From Perkinsus chesapeaki ATCC PRA-425 (taxonomy: Eukaryota; Protista; Perkinsozoa), in assembly GCA_013115145.1 (NCBI GenBank), contig JAAPAO010000346.1, positions 1 to 37,349 on the forward strand: DNA of 37,349 bases, read 5' to 3'. Within the stretch, counting starts at the first letter, position 1, and every line of letters begins with the position of its first letter. The translations under genes and the position numbers were made by a program. The notes beneath the pieces are model-generated. The model had not been told where the DNA came from. It saw only the letters and a program-made list of their open reading frames with translations, and ran no database searches. Below are positions 1 through 11,454 of this stretch, piece after piece.

Positions 1-1020
1 TATAGCAGATATATAAGAGCAGCATTAGTATTTGCCCCTTGTTGCGTTACTAGTATGGACGGATCCCCAACAACGAGATAGCGTGGTTTTGGAACCATCG
101 ACTCCAATTATGATCAATCACGCCAAGGTTGTCAACTAATTGGTTAGGGTTTAGTATTTGGACAAGGTATCCGAGTGACGACATAACTGAACTCACCTAA
201 CGGTGGGTTAAACCCTGGGTTTTGAACTTTTACCTTATCTCGCGCGTACCTTATCTCGCACGCGCGAGTCCTCACCGCGCGTTACCCCCGCGACCGTCTA
301 CATTCTACTGTAGAATGTGCCTTTTAGATTTCTGCCTAAACTTGGACACTTGCTGTGTTCTGAAAGTAGCACGTTGTATTACTTCAAGCCTCGAAAACCA
401 GAGACGCTGGCTTGACCTCGGCCCCGGATCGCATTCTACGTTTAGCGCGAGACGCAGTTCTGCTCTGCCACTCCATCCTGCTTCATATCCCTGTGAGAGG
501 CCTACTTCCTGCTTCCCCGGCTACCTCAACTAAGCTGTATTCCACGTATTTTCTTACTAGTGTCGGTTATGAGGAGCGTTCTCTTTGCGACGCTGTTCAA
601 AAAAGGACATCCTTCACCTTGGGTGCGGTAGCTCCGTAGCTCTGGTGATTCCGGTAATTCACTGCCGGATAATCTCCATCCATCAGGATATTCAAGTTAC
701 CGAGCTTGCACCGGGAGGCAACGTGGCTGATGTCGTTGTGGCTATGCAACTTTCTTATCCTACATCAGTTGCTGTTCCAGCTCGTGGTTTCTACTCGTAT
801 CAACTATTGGATAACTGCGACGCCGCGGCGTCGCTGAGACGCTATTCCGGCGGTAACTCAGTCAGCAGAAGCACATCCGAGAAAAGCGACACTCTTGTTG
901 ACCCTTCATGATTGTTGCAAGTATGGAAACTTTCCAGTGGAAAGTCCTAATATATACCCCTGTCGAGGTGTCAGTGGACACAGTGACTAGTAGTAGAGAC
1001 GAAAGAGTGTCGGGTTCTCC

Positions 1021-1455
1021 ATGCCTAATGATACCACTCTCAGTTCTTTATCAACTGTTCTTCTAGCAGTCGGTCAATGCGTGTCGCCATTCGTACTATT
1101 TTATTCTGGGGGATCGGGCACGCCCTTGTTGGAGGTGGTCCGGCGGGCAGCTATTGTGGGTCACACTGTACTGGGCGATGCAACCATCAAGATCACTTCA
1201 AGACCCTCTTCAACATTTGACATTGATGCTTCGTGGACCCTTAAAGGAGGTCAGAAGAAGAGCGGAAGTGAGACTGGTTTGGAGTACACATACACGGCTT
1301 CTACTGGAGATATTTTTGTGGAGTCTGTTGATAAGTTGAAGGATCTTATCAAGGAGATTGGTGCCTCTCTAAGTGTCGACCAACTCTCTTACCTCCAGCT
1401 CAAGGCTGATGGTCTTTACGTTACAGATCTGAAGTATACTTTGAAACCTTGCTAG
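1021..1455 (+). CDS. Chimeric, 5'-rearranged duplicate of the 2898-3278 secreted protein (novel N-terminus; possibly a pseudogene)
   Basis: The C-terminal part (LGDATIKITSRPSS...DLKYTLKPC) is nearly identical to 2898-3278. DNA homology begins at 1116. A 5-bp deletion (ctcac) relative to the other copy puts the first shared bases in a different frame. Confidence 0.55.
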   Translation: MPNDTTLSSLSTVLLAVGQCVSPFVLFYSGGSGTPLLEVVRRAAIVGHTVLGDATIKITSRPSSTFDIDASWTLKGGQKKSGSETGLEYTYTASTGDIFVESVDKLKDLIKEIGASLSVDQLSYLQLKADGLYVTDLKYTLKPC

Positions 1456-1462
1456 TATATAC
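1116..1462 (+). repeat. Direct duplication, copy 1 (copy 2 at 2934-3285)
   Basis: Near-identical sequence from gggcacgcccttgttgg to cttgctagtatatac in both places. Confidence 0.95.
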
Positions 1463-2897
1463 GCCGATATATGCTTGTATGCGATCGCCGCAATTTCCTT
1501 AGTCTTGCCAAGATTATCGCGATAAGATGAATAAGAAGTAGGCCTTGGTTGCTGAATGTCACTTGAGAACCCTGATCCTCTGCCACGCCCACCCTAGCTT
1601 GCCGCTGGGACAATATCGTGGTCGCGGAGCGATCATGCTCCAGGATCCTTGAAAGTCCTGATAAAGCTTCTTTCAACCGGGCTTGAGCGTCGAGTTCCAA
1701 TTAATCATCGGAACAGTTGATAACGCGGCATGCTTCGGTCATCTATTGATCACTGAACAACAACGACCCCCTACATTAGTGCAAGAGGAAAGTTGTGGCA
1801 CGACGAACTACTCCGTTGATAAAGGTCCGAACTTTTCACTTACCCTCCATGTTAGAATCGATTCCCTCTCCGGGAGCTTGGGGAGAGGCGCTATCGCAAT
1901 TTTGGGTTGAACTCTGCTTGAACCACTCCTGATAAAGTTCGCAGGGGAAGGGTGCTCCTCATAGGGGTGACAGTCTTCAAGAGACAAATCGCCTTTGGAG
2001 GAGTGAAACTGGCGAACCCAAAATGATAATAGGGCCTTGAGAACTACGGAAGGTACTCTCGTAGATGAGCTGCAAAGTATCCTTGCTATTGCTTAGACTG
2101 AGAGCGACGTATACCACAAGAACACCCTGAATGAAGTGAAACCACCACACAAAGTTCGCTCCCTGTAAACACCCTATTTTGCGCCACGCACGATGCACTG
2201 TGCTCCATAGAGTTATGAACACACCCGAAGCCACCAGACGGGGCCGTTAGTGGCACCTGTCGGGGTGGAGACGGCCAAATACACTCCCGAAAGCCCCCAA
2301 AAACAAAGATTTCTGCTTATTGACTAGTGTGTATACAGTAATGATTACGGAGGGGAGGGTATGCTAGCGCAATTTGCGCCTTCAAGCGCTTCGCTTTTCT
2401 GAGCGGTCACTAAAAAGTTGACAACTTCAGCTGTGATTAGCAGTGCACTGCAGCATTTGACTCTGAAGATTAGCAGACTCAGGAGCCCTGGTCCAGGTTT
2501 TCGGGAGGTCTAGACCCTTTCACGTGTATCAATACGAGAGTATCGTGGCCTGCTATCAGATTAAGGGAGATGCCTTGTTGGACATGTCGCTTAGCTTCAG
2601 CTGTTCCGGTGTCTCCCCGTGAGTCTTGCAACTTCTGTCTGGAACTGGAGACTTACGCAACTTTTAACGCAAACAATGACTGATACCTGCCAAGGTGGTA
2701 CCGAAGTCTGATGAGGACGGACATAATTAATCTGTCGAACATCGTTTCTACCGCCAGACCACTTTCGCGCGCAGCTGTACTGGCGCTTAGCGCCTCCAGA
2801 CCCCCGTAGGATGAGTTGCGTGGATAACAGACGGCTGAAGATAAATTGGACATTTCATTCTTAGACTAAGAATCTTAGTTCCCGTTACCGTCAAACA

Positions 2898-3278
2898 ATG
2901 CACAACTTAATTTATATGATGCTACTAGTGGTAGGGCACGCCCTTGTTGGAGGTGGTCCGGCGGGCAGCTATTGTGGGTCACCTCACACTGCACTGGGCG
3001 ATGCAACCATCAAGATCACTTCAAGACCCTCTTCAACATTTGACATTGATGCTTCGTGGACCCCTAAAGGCGGTCAGAAGAAGAGCGGAAGTGAGACTGG
3101 TTTGGAGTACACATACACGGCTTCTACTGGAGATATTGTTGTGAAGTCTCTAGATAAGTTGAAGGATCTTATCAAGGAGATTGGTGCCCCTCTAAGTGTC
3201 GACCAACTCTCTCACCTCCAGCTCAAGGCTGATGGTCTTTACGTTCCAGATCTGAAGTATACTTTGAAACCTTGCTAG
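2898..3278 (+). CDS. Small secreted hypothetical protein (126 aa)
   Basis: ATG-initiated ORF with a signal-peptide-like start (MHNLIYMMLLVVGHALVGG), followed by PAGSYCG and a C-terminal Cys. A second copy lies upstream. Confidence 0.75.
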   Translation: MHNLIYMMLLVVGHALVGGGPAGSYCGSPHTALGDATIKITSRPSSTFDIDASWTPKGGQKKSGSETGLEYTYTASTGDIVVKSLDKLKDLIKEIGAPLSVDQLSHLQLKADGLYVPDLKYTLKPC

Positions 3279-3581
3279 TATATACTTTCGATAAAGTATC
3301 CACGTGAAGCAGACCCACCCATGTGGCATCATCACAATATAGTTATTATTTCGCACATAGCTGAGTATTTGGCCTTGGATGGGACGCTTTCCGTGACCGT
3401 GAATGTGGTTCAACAAATATGTCTTTAGTCTTTCGTTGTGTCTGTCGAAGCTTGTACTTCATAGTTGTAGCGTGTCATTGCCCTTTTGTCGTTGGGCGTC
3501 TTACACATACAGTAGTCTCTAAGCCTGTGTAGAGTGTAGCGTTTCAGCCTGTTAATGACTGTTAGTAACGGATCATTTCTA

Positions 3582-3618
3582 TAGATCTCGGGTGCATTGC
3601 GATGGGATCACCGACATC
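3582..3618 (-). other. Short paralogous fragment of the 4108-5034 gene
   Basis: 32/37 nt match to 4383-4419. Encodes DVGDPIAMHPRS versus DVGDLITMDPRS. Confidence 0.55.
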
Positions 3619-4107
3619 CGATAACAGTCTGACCTTCAATGCTCCTTTCAATGCTTGGGAATTGGAACCAGAAGCTGAAGATGAGAGGTGTATCGCAAAT
3701 ACCCTTCAGTACGCCGGAAGTCTCTGACTTCTGAGCAGTGTCTGTTTCAAAGCTCTAATGAGATATATTATTTGTAATATACTTAATTTAGATCCAAGAT
3801 TGTCATCCTTGGTGGTTGAGATATTCGTTTTCCTTCAGCCAAGCCGTACTCTAAATGCCTTGATGAGTCCGTTGATGCGCTACAGTCGGTGTATGTCTTG
3901 CTCCTCCTCCCTTCATGCTTATTGATACCCTCTCGAGTTGAATGACTACGAACACAACTATTAGCGCTTTCACACCGTAGACACGAATAAAGTTGTAGCT
4001 CTGGTAAAAATCGTTATTTATTTTAGTCTTTCTATCTTGTATCTGCACACGCGGGGACACCTACATTTCTGACAATATGCATCTGTACTACATCAGCCGC
4101 CTCCTGA

Positions 4108-5034
4108 TCAAAGAGATCTTTTCCTTTTTGCCGGAGATGTCTGTTCAGGTGTTGAGATTGATGCAACACGTTTCATAGCTTTCCGTTTAGTTTTCTTAGT
4201 CGAAGGCTTTCTGCGCGTCTTTATTAGTGACTTCACCTTAACTGAAGCCTTCGCATGGCTCTCTCGCATCAACAATACTCTCAGTCCTCTGCTTGGTACC
4301 CCTTGAAGCCATTTATCTTTATCTTGTCCGAACACATCTTTGGGTATGTCTACGAGAATGACTGAACCATAGAAATGAAATGTAGATCTCGGATCCATCG
4401 TGATGAGATCACCGACATCGTTCGATTTGCCCTTTTTCTCCTTCCAGGCTTTCTCACTTTCTTTTATATAGAATACATTCTGGTCTTTGCCGAGCTTCTC
4501 AAAGGCCACGGCATACTCGTTATCTTCCTTGAATTTATTGGACCCCTCGATGGATAACTTAGCCTTATTCAACTTCTCAGTCTTTGCTGTTTCCTCCTCG
4601 AAACTGAGTGTTATCCCAAATTGAGGGGCGGCACCTTTGAACGTTCCCCCCGGAAGGGCATCATCACTTCGCTCGGGTTTCATATCAGCTGTATCCGCGC
4701 CGTTCTCGAGCTGGATACCAGAGAAGTGAATTCGGTTATTTTCATCCATGCATATAGCCTTGTCAGCCTTAACATCCCCGTTGAAGTTATCGGGGCTCTG
4801 TACGAACTTCAGTTGGCTGAGACATCCATCTTCCTGCATTTTGCCTGCCAATCTAAAGGTACTTGCGAAACCTCCGCCGAATGAAGCTCTTTGAGTGATG
4901 CACATGTCAACATCATTGCCTTCCTTATCGAGATATATAGCTTGCTTGGAATTGTCGGTATAGAAGTACTTACCGTTATTGATTGCCAAGGTTGAGGCCC
5001 CAACCAGAAGAACAGTGTATATCAAAAGTCGCAT
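4108..5034 (-). CDS. Secreted hypothetical protein with a Lys/Arg-rich C-terminal tail (3' end may be spliced)
   Basis: 308-aa ORF with signal-peptide-like MRLLIYTVLLVGASTLA. No family recognised. Confidence 0.72.
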   Translation of the reverse strand: MRLLIYTVLLVGASTLAINNGKYFYTDNSKQAIYLDKEGNDVDMCITQRASFGGGFASTFRLAGKMQEDGCLSQLKFVQSPDNFNGDVKADKAICMDENNRIHFSGIQLENGADTADMKPERSDDALPGGTFKGAAPQFGITLSFEEETAKTEKLNKAKLSIEGSNKFKEDNEYAVAFEKLGKDQNVFYIKESEKAWKEKKGKSNDVGDLITMDPRSTFHFYGSVILVDIPKDVFGQDKDKWLQGVPSRGLRVLLMRESHAKASVKVKSLIKTRRKPSTKKTKRKAMKRVASISTPEQTSPAKRKRSL

Positions 5035-5191
5035 GTACTCAATAGAAAGGGAATAGCTCTGTAGACTGGGAAATGTTCAGTAACTCGTTTGGTGACACAA
5101 ACTCAAGGCATCATCCCTTCCAACGTATACATCAAAAATTACGGTTAAAGTAGTAGTATAGGTACAAGGGAGGTGAGCTAGTCCAATACTA

Positions 5192-8100
5192 TCAGCGCCA
5201 GGATGAAGATGAAGACGTGACGCTAAGGACGCCGCCACCGCCGCCTCGATGAGGATCCCCACTGGGGTCACAGAGCTGTCCCATTGAAGGCTTCCGTCGC
5301 ACTAGGAGTTCATACCTTCGCAGGGAGATCTACAAATATGCCAAGAGGATCGAAACGTACATCAACTGTGGCTCGCCAATTAACTCCTTAAATCCATCAG
5401 AGTAATGCTTGCCTGAAGGAAAACGAGTATCCAAAATATGATATAAACGTGTGCACAGTCCTGGATGAAATTAGGGTTTTCATTCTTTGTAAGAGCTTCG
5501 GAAAAGAGACTGCTCGGAGCTATTCCCCAAGTAGACGGCGGCTTGTTGGCGAGCGAAATCGTATTCGCAACAACCCACTCGCCGCCGGCTCGACGCAATT
5601 GGCATCAAGTGTTATTTTCCCCGCCAACAAGTTGAACTTTTAGATCACCAATTATTCCGAAAGTCAAAGGAGCACTTGGGGAATTCTTCTTCGAGCTGGT
5701 TGCTGTCTTACAAGCCTCTTCATTAGATAACAGGAACTCAAGACAGATCTCCTTTAAGCCATCAGCATTATGGTGATGTGCAGTTATTAGTATTTCCACC
5801 TGACATAACCATCCACAAGTCGGAACCTGGTAGAGACCGCTTACGCAATTCTGTATGGTTACATTATGCCGCACTAGATCTTCACATATAGCCTGCCAAT
5901 AACATAACATCAGATGGAAGCAGCTTGAAAGGGCTCACCCGTAGACGATCGATACAGAACATTTCAGCTGTTATTAGTAAGGCCAGTGCCTCACCTGTGT
6001 TCAAGTCCGGAGAGACCTACATATGAGTTGAGTAGGTGTTATCTCGTACAGTGCATGCCCCCCACCTTATCGCTATATATGTACTCAAGCAGCAAATTAA
6101 AGGTATCATAGTCCACATCAGTTATGGGAACCTGAGGTCAGCAGAGCTACTGGAGGAAATAAACAACAACCAAAGCCACGAGATAGATGCTAATAGTAGG
6201 GTAATAGCTTACCTCCATTATCTCAGGTTGCGAGCAACTACCCGATGTCGAAGCGCAACCATCGCCTGTCCGACTTCGCCTTACCGAGGACTCTCTCAAG
6301 CCGCAGGAGTAAAACATAGCGCAAAAGTGCTCGCTACGTGAAGCCAACTGAAGGACGGTAAAAATAACAACATATTCAACAAGGATTACCAAGGCCTTGT
6401 TGGCGAGCAGTCGATGACCATCAACAAGGAAGGCGACATCGGCGAATTCCGGGGCAGTCATCAACCTGTTTTTCACCATGCTCCTTCTAAAGGCCCAGCC
6501 AGCTCACTTTCGTAAATCGCCTTCCATGGTACTTGCCGGCACATGAATAGGATCAAAGCTGAGAGGGGTGCGGTGGAGTGGGTGCGGAATGGCAAAGTAC
6601 TTACCGAAACTCATGGAAATCATTGAGTACTATAGAACCATTATATCCTCCGAATACATATAATGAATTATTATGCACCTATAGAAGATACAAAGGATCA
6701 AGGAGCGAACGAAGGAAACCCAAATGCAGCAAAGGAGCGAACGTTAACCGACACTCTAAGGGGCAGTGAATCCCTCCTACGCAAATGACCGAATGTATTA
6801 GACCTTAAAGTGGGCGCGTATTAATAATCCTGAACGACCATACCACAGGGGACAGCAGAGGTATAGTAATATCATCCTAGAACAAGTTCCTAATAATCTA
6901 TCTCTTATGAACCAATAGCTCCTTCTGCTCCATATCGAGAGCATCTATGCCATCATGGCAGCAGCAGTTTGGTAAATATTTACTAATGTAACTTATACTA
7001 CTATTTCTGTTGTTCATTATAGTCATACTGCACCACACAAATGTGATATTCGGGTTTTACTTCCCATCCGGGTTTTCGGGTTTTATGCATGTAAACCCCT
7101 ATGTATCTTATCGGACTCGACCATACTCTCTGCTACTCCCGCTGATAACCCCCATTAGACCCTCCTCCTCTTCCTACCTGAGCCACTAAAGAGCTCCTAC
7201 CCGATGGTGGATCCTCCGTCTGTACTAGGAACCATGTCTGTAGATCAAACCTAGTAGGGTGCAATAAATCCATACCACACTTTCTTCGCATTACCTAAAC
7301 TCATGGAGATCGTTAAGTCTCTCTTGACCGCTATAACCACCAAACAGATACCTGGAATACATATCCCCCGACCCCACCGATTCGCCCCTTACAGTGAGTT
7401 CCCATGAACCACACTAGCATGAAAGTATCTTGGAGACGGAGGTTGACCCGTGCTTCTCGTAGCCACCACAGACCACTTCCGAGCCGTCATTTCAAATCGA
7501 TGAAAGTCGTTCATTCGATGAACACCATCGTATCCCCCAAAGAGATAGACGCTTCCCTCATGATAAGCCCAACTCGGGCACGAACGCCCTGTTGGTATGT
7601 ACCCTTGGATCTGCGTCTGTGACCAAGTTGCTTGTTTCACGTCAAACTCATGCATATCATTGAGCCACGTTTGACCATCGTAGCCGCCAAATACAAAAAA
7701 GACCGAACCGTGCACACTTGAGACATATCCGAATCTTGTTGAGGGTGGACTGCCCTCTTTAACCTCTACAGGAGCCCAGGTCGAGGTATCGAAACAAAAG
7801 TAATGAAAGTCATTGAGCCAATTATAACCGGAGTAGCCCCCAAATAGGTACCTAAAAGACTGAGAGTAGACAGAAGGCTAATGCGAATGGCTCTCGTTAC
7901 ATTTTGTTGCCTATAACTACTGCTCCGTTATTCTCCCTCCCCGTTGGAGTCTCCCCTTTTGTATGAACTTGTGACCTAATTAATAACCTATCACCCATCC
8001 ACCATGGAGGTCTCACCAAAGTCTAGTGTTAAAATCAAATCTGAATAGGTCATCCAATCGCCCACTACCACCGTAGCCTCCAAGGACATAAAGTGCATCC

Positions 8101-8417
8101 TTATAAACCACACTAGCTGCTCCAGACCGATCTCCCGGCAATTCCATAGATTTCATCTCAGAACTGCAGCTATACTGTACAGGTCTCCATCGCCTTATAA
8201 CAGTCTTGGCCGATGGCCCTCCCCCACCGCTCCTTCCATACGCTGGGTTGCTGCCTAATGTGGTCTCACAGCCACCAGCTGCCGAGGCTCCACCACCGTA
8301 ATACCTTGGAAGTCGGGCATTCGGCCTTGCCACCCCCGAAGCTCTATCGAAGACATCTCCAGCCCCTGTGGTGCGGTCAGCAGACGGGGGTGTTCCACCA
8401 CCGGCACTGGTGTCCAT
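5192..8417 (-). CDS. Kelch-repeat + BTB/BACK protein (LZTR1-like), multi-exon
   Basis: About six Kelch repeats across GT-AG introns (YVLGGYGGSGRLDDL, YLFGGYSGYNWLND, FVFGGYDGQTWLND, YLFGGYDGVHRMND, YLFGGYSGQERLND, YVFGGYNGSIVLND). These are followed by a BTB (FADVAFLVDGHRLLANKALLASRSEHF...FNLLLEYIYSD) and a BACK-like segment (LKEICLEF...EPQLMYELL). ATG at 8417, TGA at 5192-5194. Confidence 0.85.
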
Positions 8418-8597
8418 TATAAAGGTAAATTGACTAAGACACTTGGTGGCACAGGAAGAACGCATATCACTGGAATGATAGATTGGGATGAAATAGTTTA
8501 TATTGATGATGATGGTACCACACTGGGTAGCAGCAGTTGCCAGTTGTTGCATATCATACAAAATACCAGGGGGGCATCGACGGGGGGGAACTACTCA

Positions 8598-10245
8598 TTA
8601 TCTCTTCAATGCATTCAGACGACTCTCTAAATCGTTCTCTGGTGGGGGAGGAGGGGAAGGGGGGGATCCTAAGCCACAATATACGGTTAACAGATATACA
8701 ATTGCGTACAATTGCTACAAGACGGAGAAAACAGTGACTGAAGAGAGCGTGTCACTATCCGGTAGTTGGGAACACGAAGTTGTCAAGATTTTCCTAATGA
8801 CCAGTCAGACGGCGGATTTTATGGTGGTATAAATCATTATACAGCTAATTTGATATAGTATGTATTATCAAGCCCCCTTCGGAGATGTCTCTATCCCTAA
8901 CCATCTACTACCACCATCATCATTCCCTCCATTATTCTTCTTATTCCCACCATTAGCTCTCCCAGCCCCGGCAGCTGCTCCCTCAGCGACTGCCTGTTGC
9001 TGAGTCTTCTTGCCTGCTCCCACTGCAGACTTCTGGCCTAGACAAAAATACTCTGACCGGGAATCGAACCGTGGACCTCCTCTACCTGATGGCAACGCTG
9101 ACCCTGGAGCGTTTGCCAAGACCTCATTCATATCAACTCCGATCTCCTCCAGCACTTGGCCGACAATGGCCTCCTCCTCTTCTTCGTCGCCCACTTCGCC
9201 CAACACATCATCAATAGTGTCGCCCATAACCTGACAGCCACCGCAGCTGCTTTGACGGGCTGCTGTTGGACTGCTACTACCTCCTCTGTAAGGCCCATCT
9301 TCTCCGTTTCCTCTTGGAACTCTTGCATGATCTTCTGTAATTGAGGTAGATTCAATTGCTTATTCATTCGTATCTAAAACGGCACAGGTGAGGCAGGTAG
9401 ATACCGGAACATTGTTGAAAATGGGAAGTTTATGCTATACAGTGATACACGAGCAAGCATCTATATGAAGGGATGAGTGTCGATAAAGGTAATATGGATA
9501 ACAATAGGTTATCATATAGATAGTAATAGGTTATTATATAGATAATAATAGGTTATTATATAGATAATAATAGGTTATTATATAGATAATAATAGGTNNN
9601 NNNNNNNNNNNNNNNNNNNNNNNNNNNNNNNNNNNNNNNNNNNNNNNNNNNNNNNNNNNNNNNNNNNNNNNNNNNNNNNNNNNNNNNNNNNNNNNTAGGT
9701 TATTATATAGATAATAATAGGTTATTATATAGATAATAATAGGTTATTATATAGATAATAATAGGTTATCATTAATAAGTTGTATAGTTGTTGTTGTTGT
9801 ATAGTATGAATTGTTTCCTTCCCTATTACCATAGCTTGCGTGCATCCCTTCATGCTCCTAGCCATAGCCTCTGTTGACTTCACAGTTTGCATTCTCAAAC
9901 TCACTCCCTGTAAATGTGATTTCATTTCCAAAAATTTGGATTCATACCGACGAGTTCTGACCTGACCACCCCAGCTTCATCGATCCCATCCGCCCCACCA
10001 ACACTACCAAATCCTTTGCCATTATCTTCACTGGCCCCATCTGGTTCTTTTTGGCAGCTTGCTTTATATCGGCTATTAATTTTTGTTCCTAAAGTGTTAT
10101 TGCTTCCTTCACCCTATTGCAGTTAGGTTACATTTCTCTGTAAAGCCATCCTTTCCCGGTCTAGCTCGCGAACAGCTCGATTGATCATTCGTTTATTAGC
10201 TCGCATCTGCTCCTCTAAGGTCAGTTTGCTAGATTGATTTCCCAT
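8598..10245 (-). CDS. VPS2: ESCRT-III subunit Vps2/CHMP2 (Snf7 family), multi-exon
   Basis: MGNQSSKLTLEEQMRANKRMINRAVRELDRER...MKSHLQGVSLRMQTVKSTEAMARSMKG...MNKQLNLPQLQKIMQEF...GDTIDDVL...ENDLESRLNALKR*. The last segment is a MIM1-type C-terminus in a final exon ending at 8598. Confidence 0.92.
9503..9770. repeat. 22-bp AT-rich minisatellite (taggttattatatagataataa)n in a VPS2 intron, spanning an assembly gap
   Basis: Tandem units are visible on both sides of the N run. Confidence 0.95.
9598..9695. other. Assembly gap (98 N)
   Basis: Run of N. Confidence 1.
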
Positions 10246-10616
10246 ACTGTCCGCTTTAAAAGAAAGAAACAACGACCAATTGCAATATCAAAAACGAATC
10301 TTGCAAACGTGAAGCGCTTCGCTCCGCTAAAGCTTCACCGCGCACGCCCAAAAACTTAACTCGTCAAGAGGAGCCGCGCTGACCGTTACGTTAAGGAGAT
10401 CGATCATGAGCCTTTTTATGAACCTTTTAGTGTACCTTGACGGTAGACTGTGGTCTATCTGAGGATTGGGCTCTGGTAGTGGCACTGCTTGAACCTTGGA
10501 TGCAATGAAGGAATGCAGTTTGGTGATCAATCGAGCCAGGTGCGCTGGTCGTCGTCTCGGGTTTGGCAGATCTATAGGATATGTATTTTAGTTATCATTT
10601 TAAACAGTTTTTTGAG

Positions 10617-11342
10617 ATGTCTAACATTCGAAGCTTGTTTGATAATAACGATGATGATCAGCAGCATCCTACTGACCCCAACGCTACAAGCTCCTTCACT
10701 GGTGGAGAGAAGTCTGGCTTGGCAGTTTTTAATCCACCCGAGCCGGGCCAACAGCCTAACAATAGATTCATTGTTACCGTTTATCGTAATGGTTTTCAAG
10801 TGAATGGTGGCCCGTTTAGGGACACTTCTATAGAGGAGAACGCTCAGGCCTTACAGGACATGCGACAGGGTATAGCTCCACCCGAGATCGAGAGGGCAGT
10901 GGCGGCATCTGGCCAGAACATGCGTGAGGTTCAAGTTATGGTTAATCAGAAGGATGAAGATTATACCGGTCCCACTGAAACAGAGGCACCTCATCAAGAC
11001 AATAATGGGCTGTTTGCCGGTCAGGGGCAGACTCTCGGTGGTGGCAGCTCTTCAGGCACTAAGGTAGAGACCCATGCAGGGACTGTGGTGCACCTGGATG
11101 AGTCTAAGCCTATGGCTACTATACAGTTCCGCTTTCCTGACGGTCAGCGAAAAGTCCAGAAGTTCAATTTGGATACCCATAGAGTCTCTGATGTCGCCGC
11201 GTTTGCAGCATCGTGCATTGGAGCCGACCCGAGCACCGTCGTACTGGTGGCTGGATTTCCTCCCAAGCCAGTGGCCGATCTCAGCCTTACCGTTAGGGAT
11301 GCCGGTCTTAACGGCTCGGCAGTAACTGTGAAGTTGAACTAG
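10617..11342 (+). CDS. SEP + UBX domain protein (p47/Shp1/UBXN2-like Cdc48/p97 cofactor), intronless
   Basis: SFTGGEKSGLAV motif, SEP domain (TVYRNGFQVNGGPFR...LQDMRQGIAPPE), SHP box (LFAGQGQTLG) and UBX domain (TIQFRFPDGQR...GFPPKP). Confidence 0.88.
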   Translation: MSNIRSLFDNNDDDQQHPTDPNATSSFTGGEKSGLAVFNPPEPGQQPNNRFIVTVYRNGFQVNGGPFRDTSIEENAQALQDMRQGIAPPEIERAVAASGQNMREVQVMVNQKDEDYTGPTETEAPHQDNNGLFAGQGQTLGGGSSSGTKVETHAGTVVHLDESKPMATIQFRFPDGQRKVQKFNLDTHRVSDVAAFAASCIGADPSTVVLVAGFPPKPVADLSLTVRDAGLNGSAVTVKLN

Positions 11343-11454
11343 ATTTTGGGTTTTAAGATATACCACCATTGAACCATTTCCCTCGAATGTCTGCTGGGTT
11401 TCGTTCTGGGGCCTGGTGATGCTTATTGATAGCGACATTAGCACCGTCACTGTT

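Noticed and set aside
140-260. Telomere-like ttagggttta and a short tandem taccttatctcgc x2
   Set aside because: Only one to two units each, too short to call a telomeric array or a defined element.
300-911. ORFs 222-533, 412-639 and 585-911, plus possible minus-strand exons
   Set aside because: No recognisable protein and no consistent splice model could be built.
1470-2853. Possible minus-strand multi-exon gene between the duplicated copies
   Set aside because: Protein-like segments exist, but the frames could not be joined convincingly and no homology was recognised.
7051-7084. cgggtttt three times in a Kelch-BTB intron
   Set aside because: Short and low-complexity, with no supporting context.
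7810-7830. ttggctcaa match to the dinoflagellate/perkinsid spliced-leader 3' end
   Set aside because: It lies in the Kelch coding sequence (WLND), and the rest of the leader is absent.
10327-10530. Minus-strand 67-aa ORF between VPS2 and the UBX gene
   Set aside because: Non-ATG start, located in a divergent promoter gap, and no recognisable motif.
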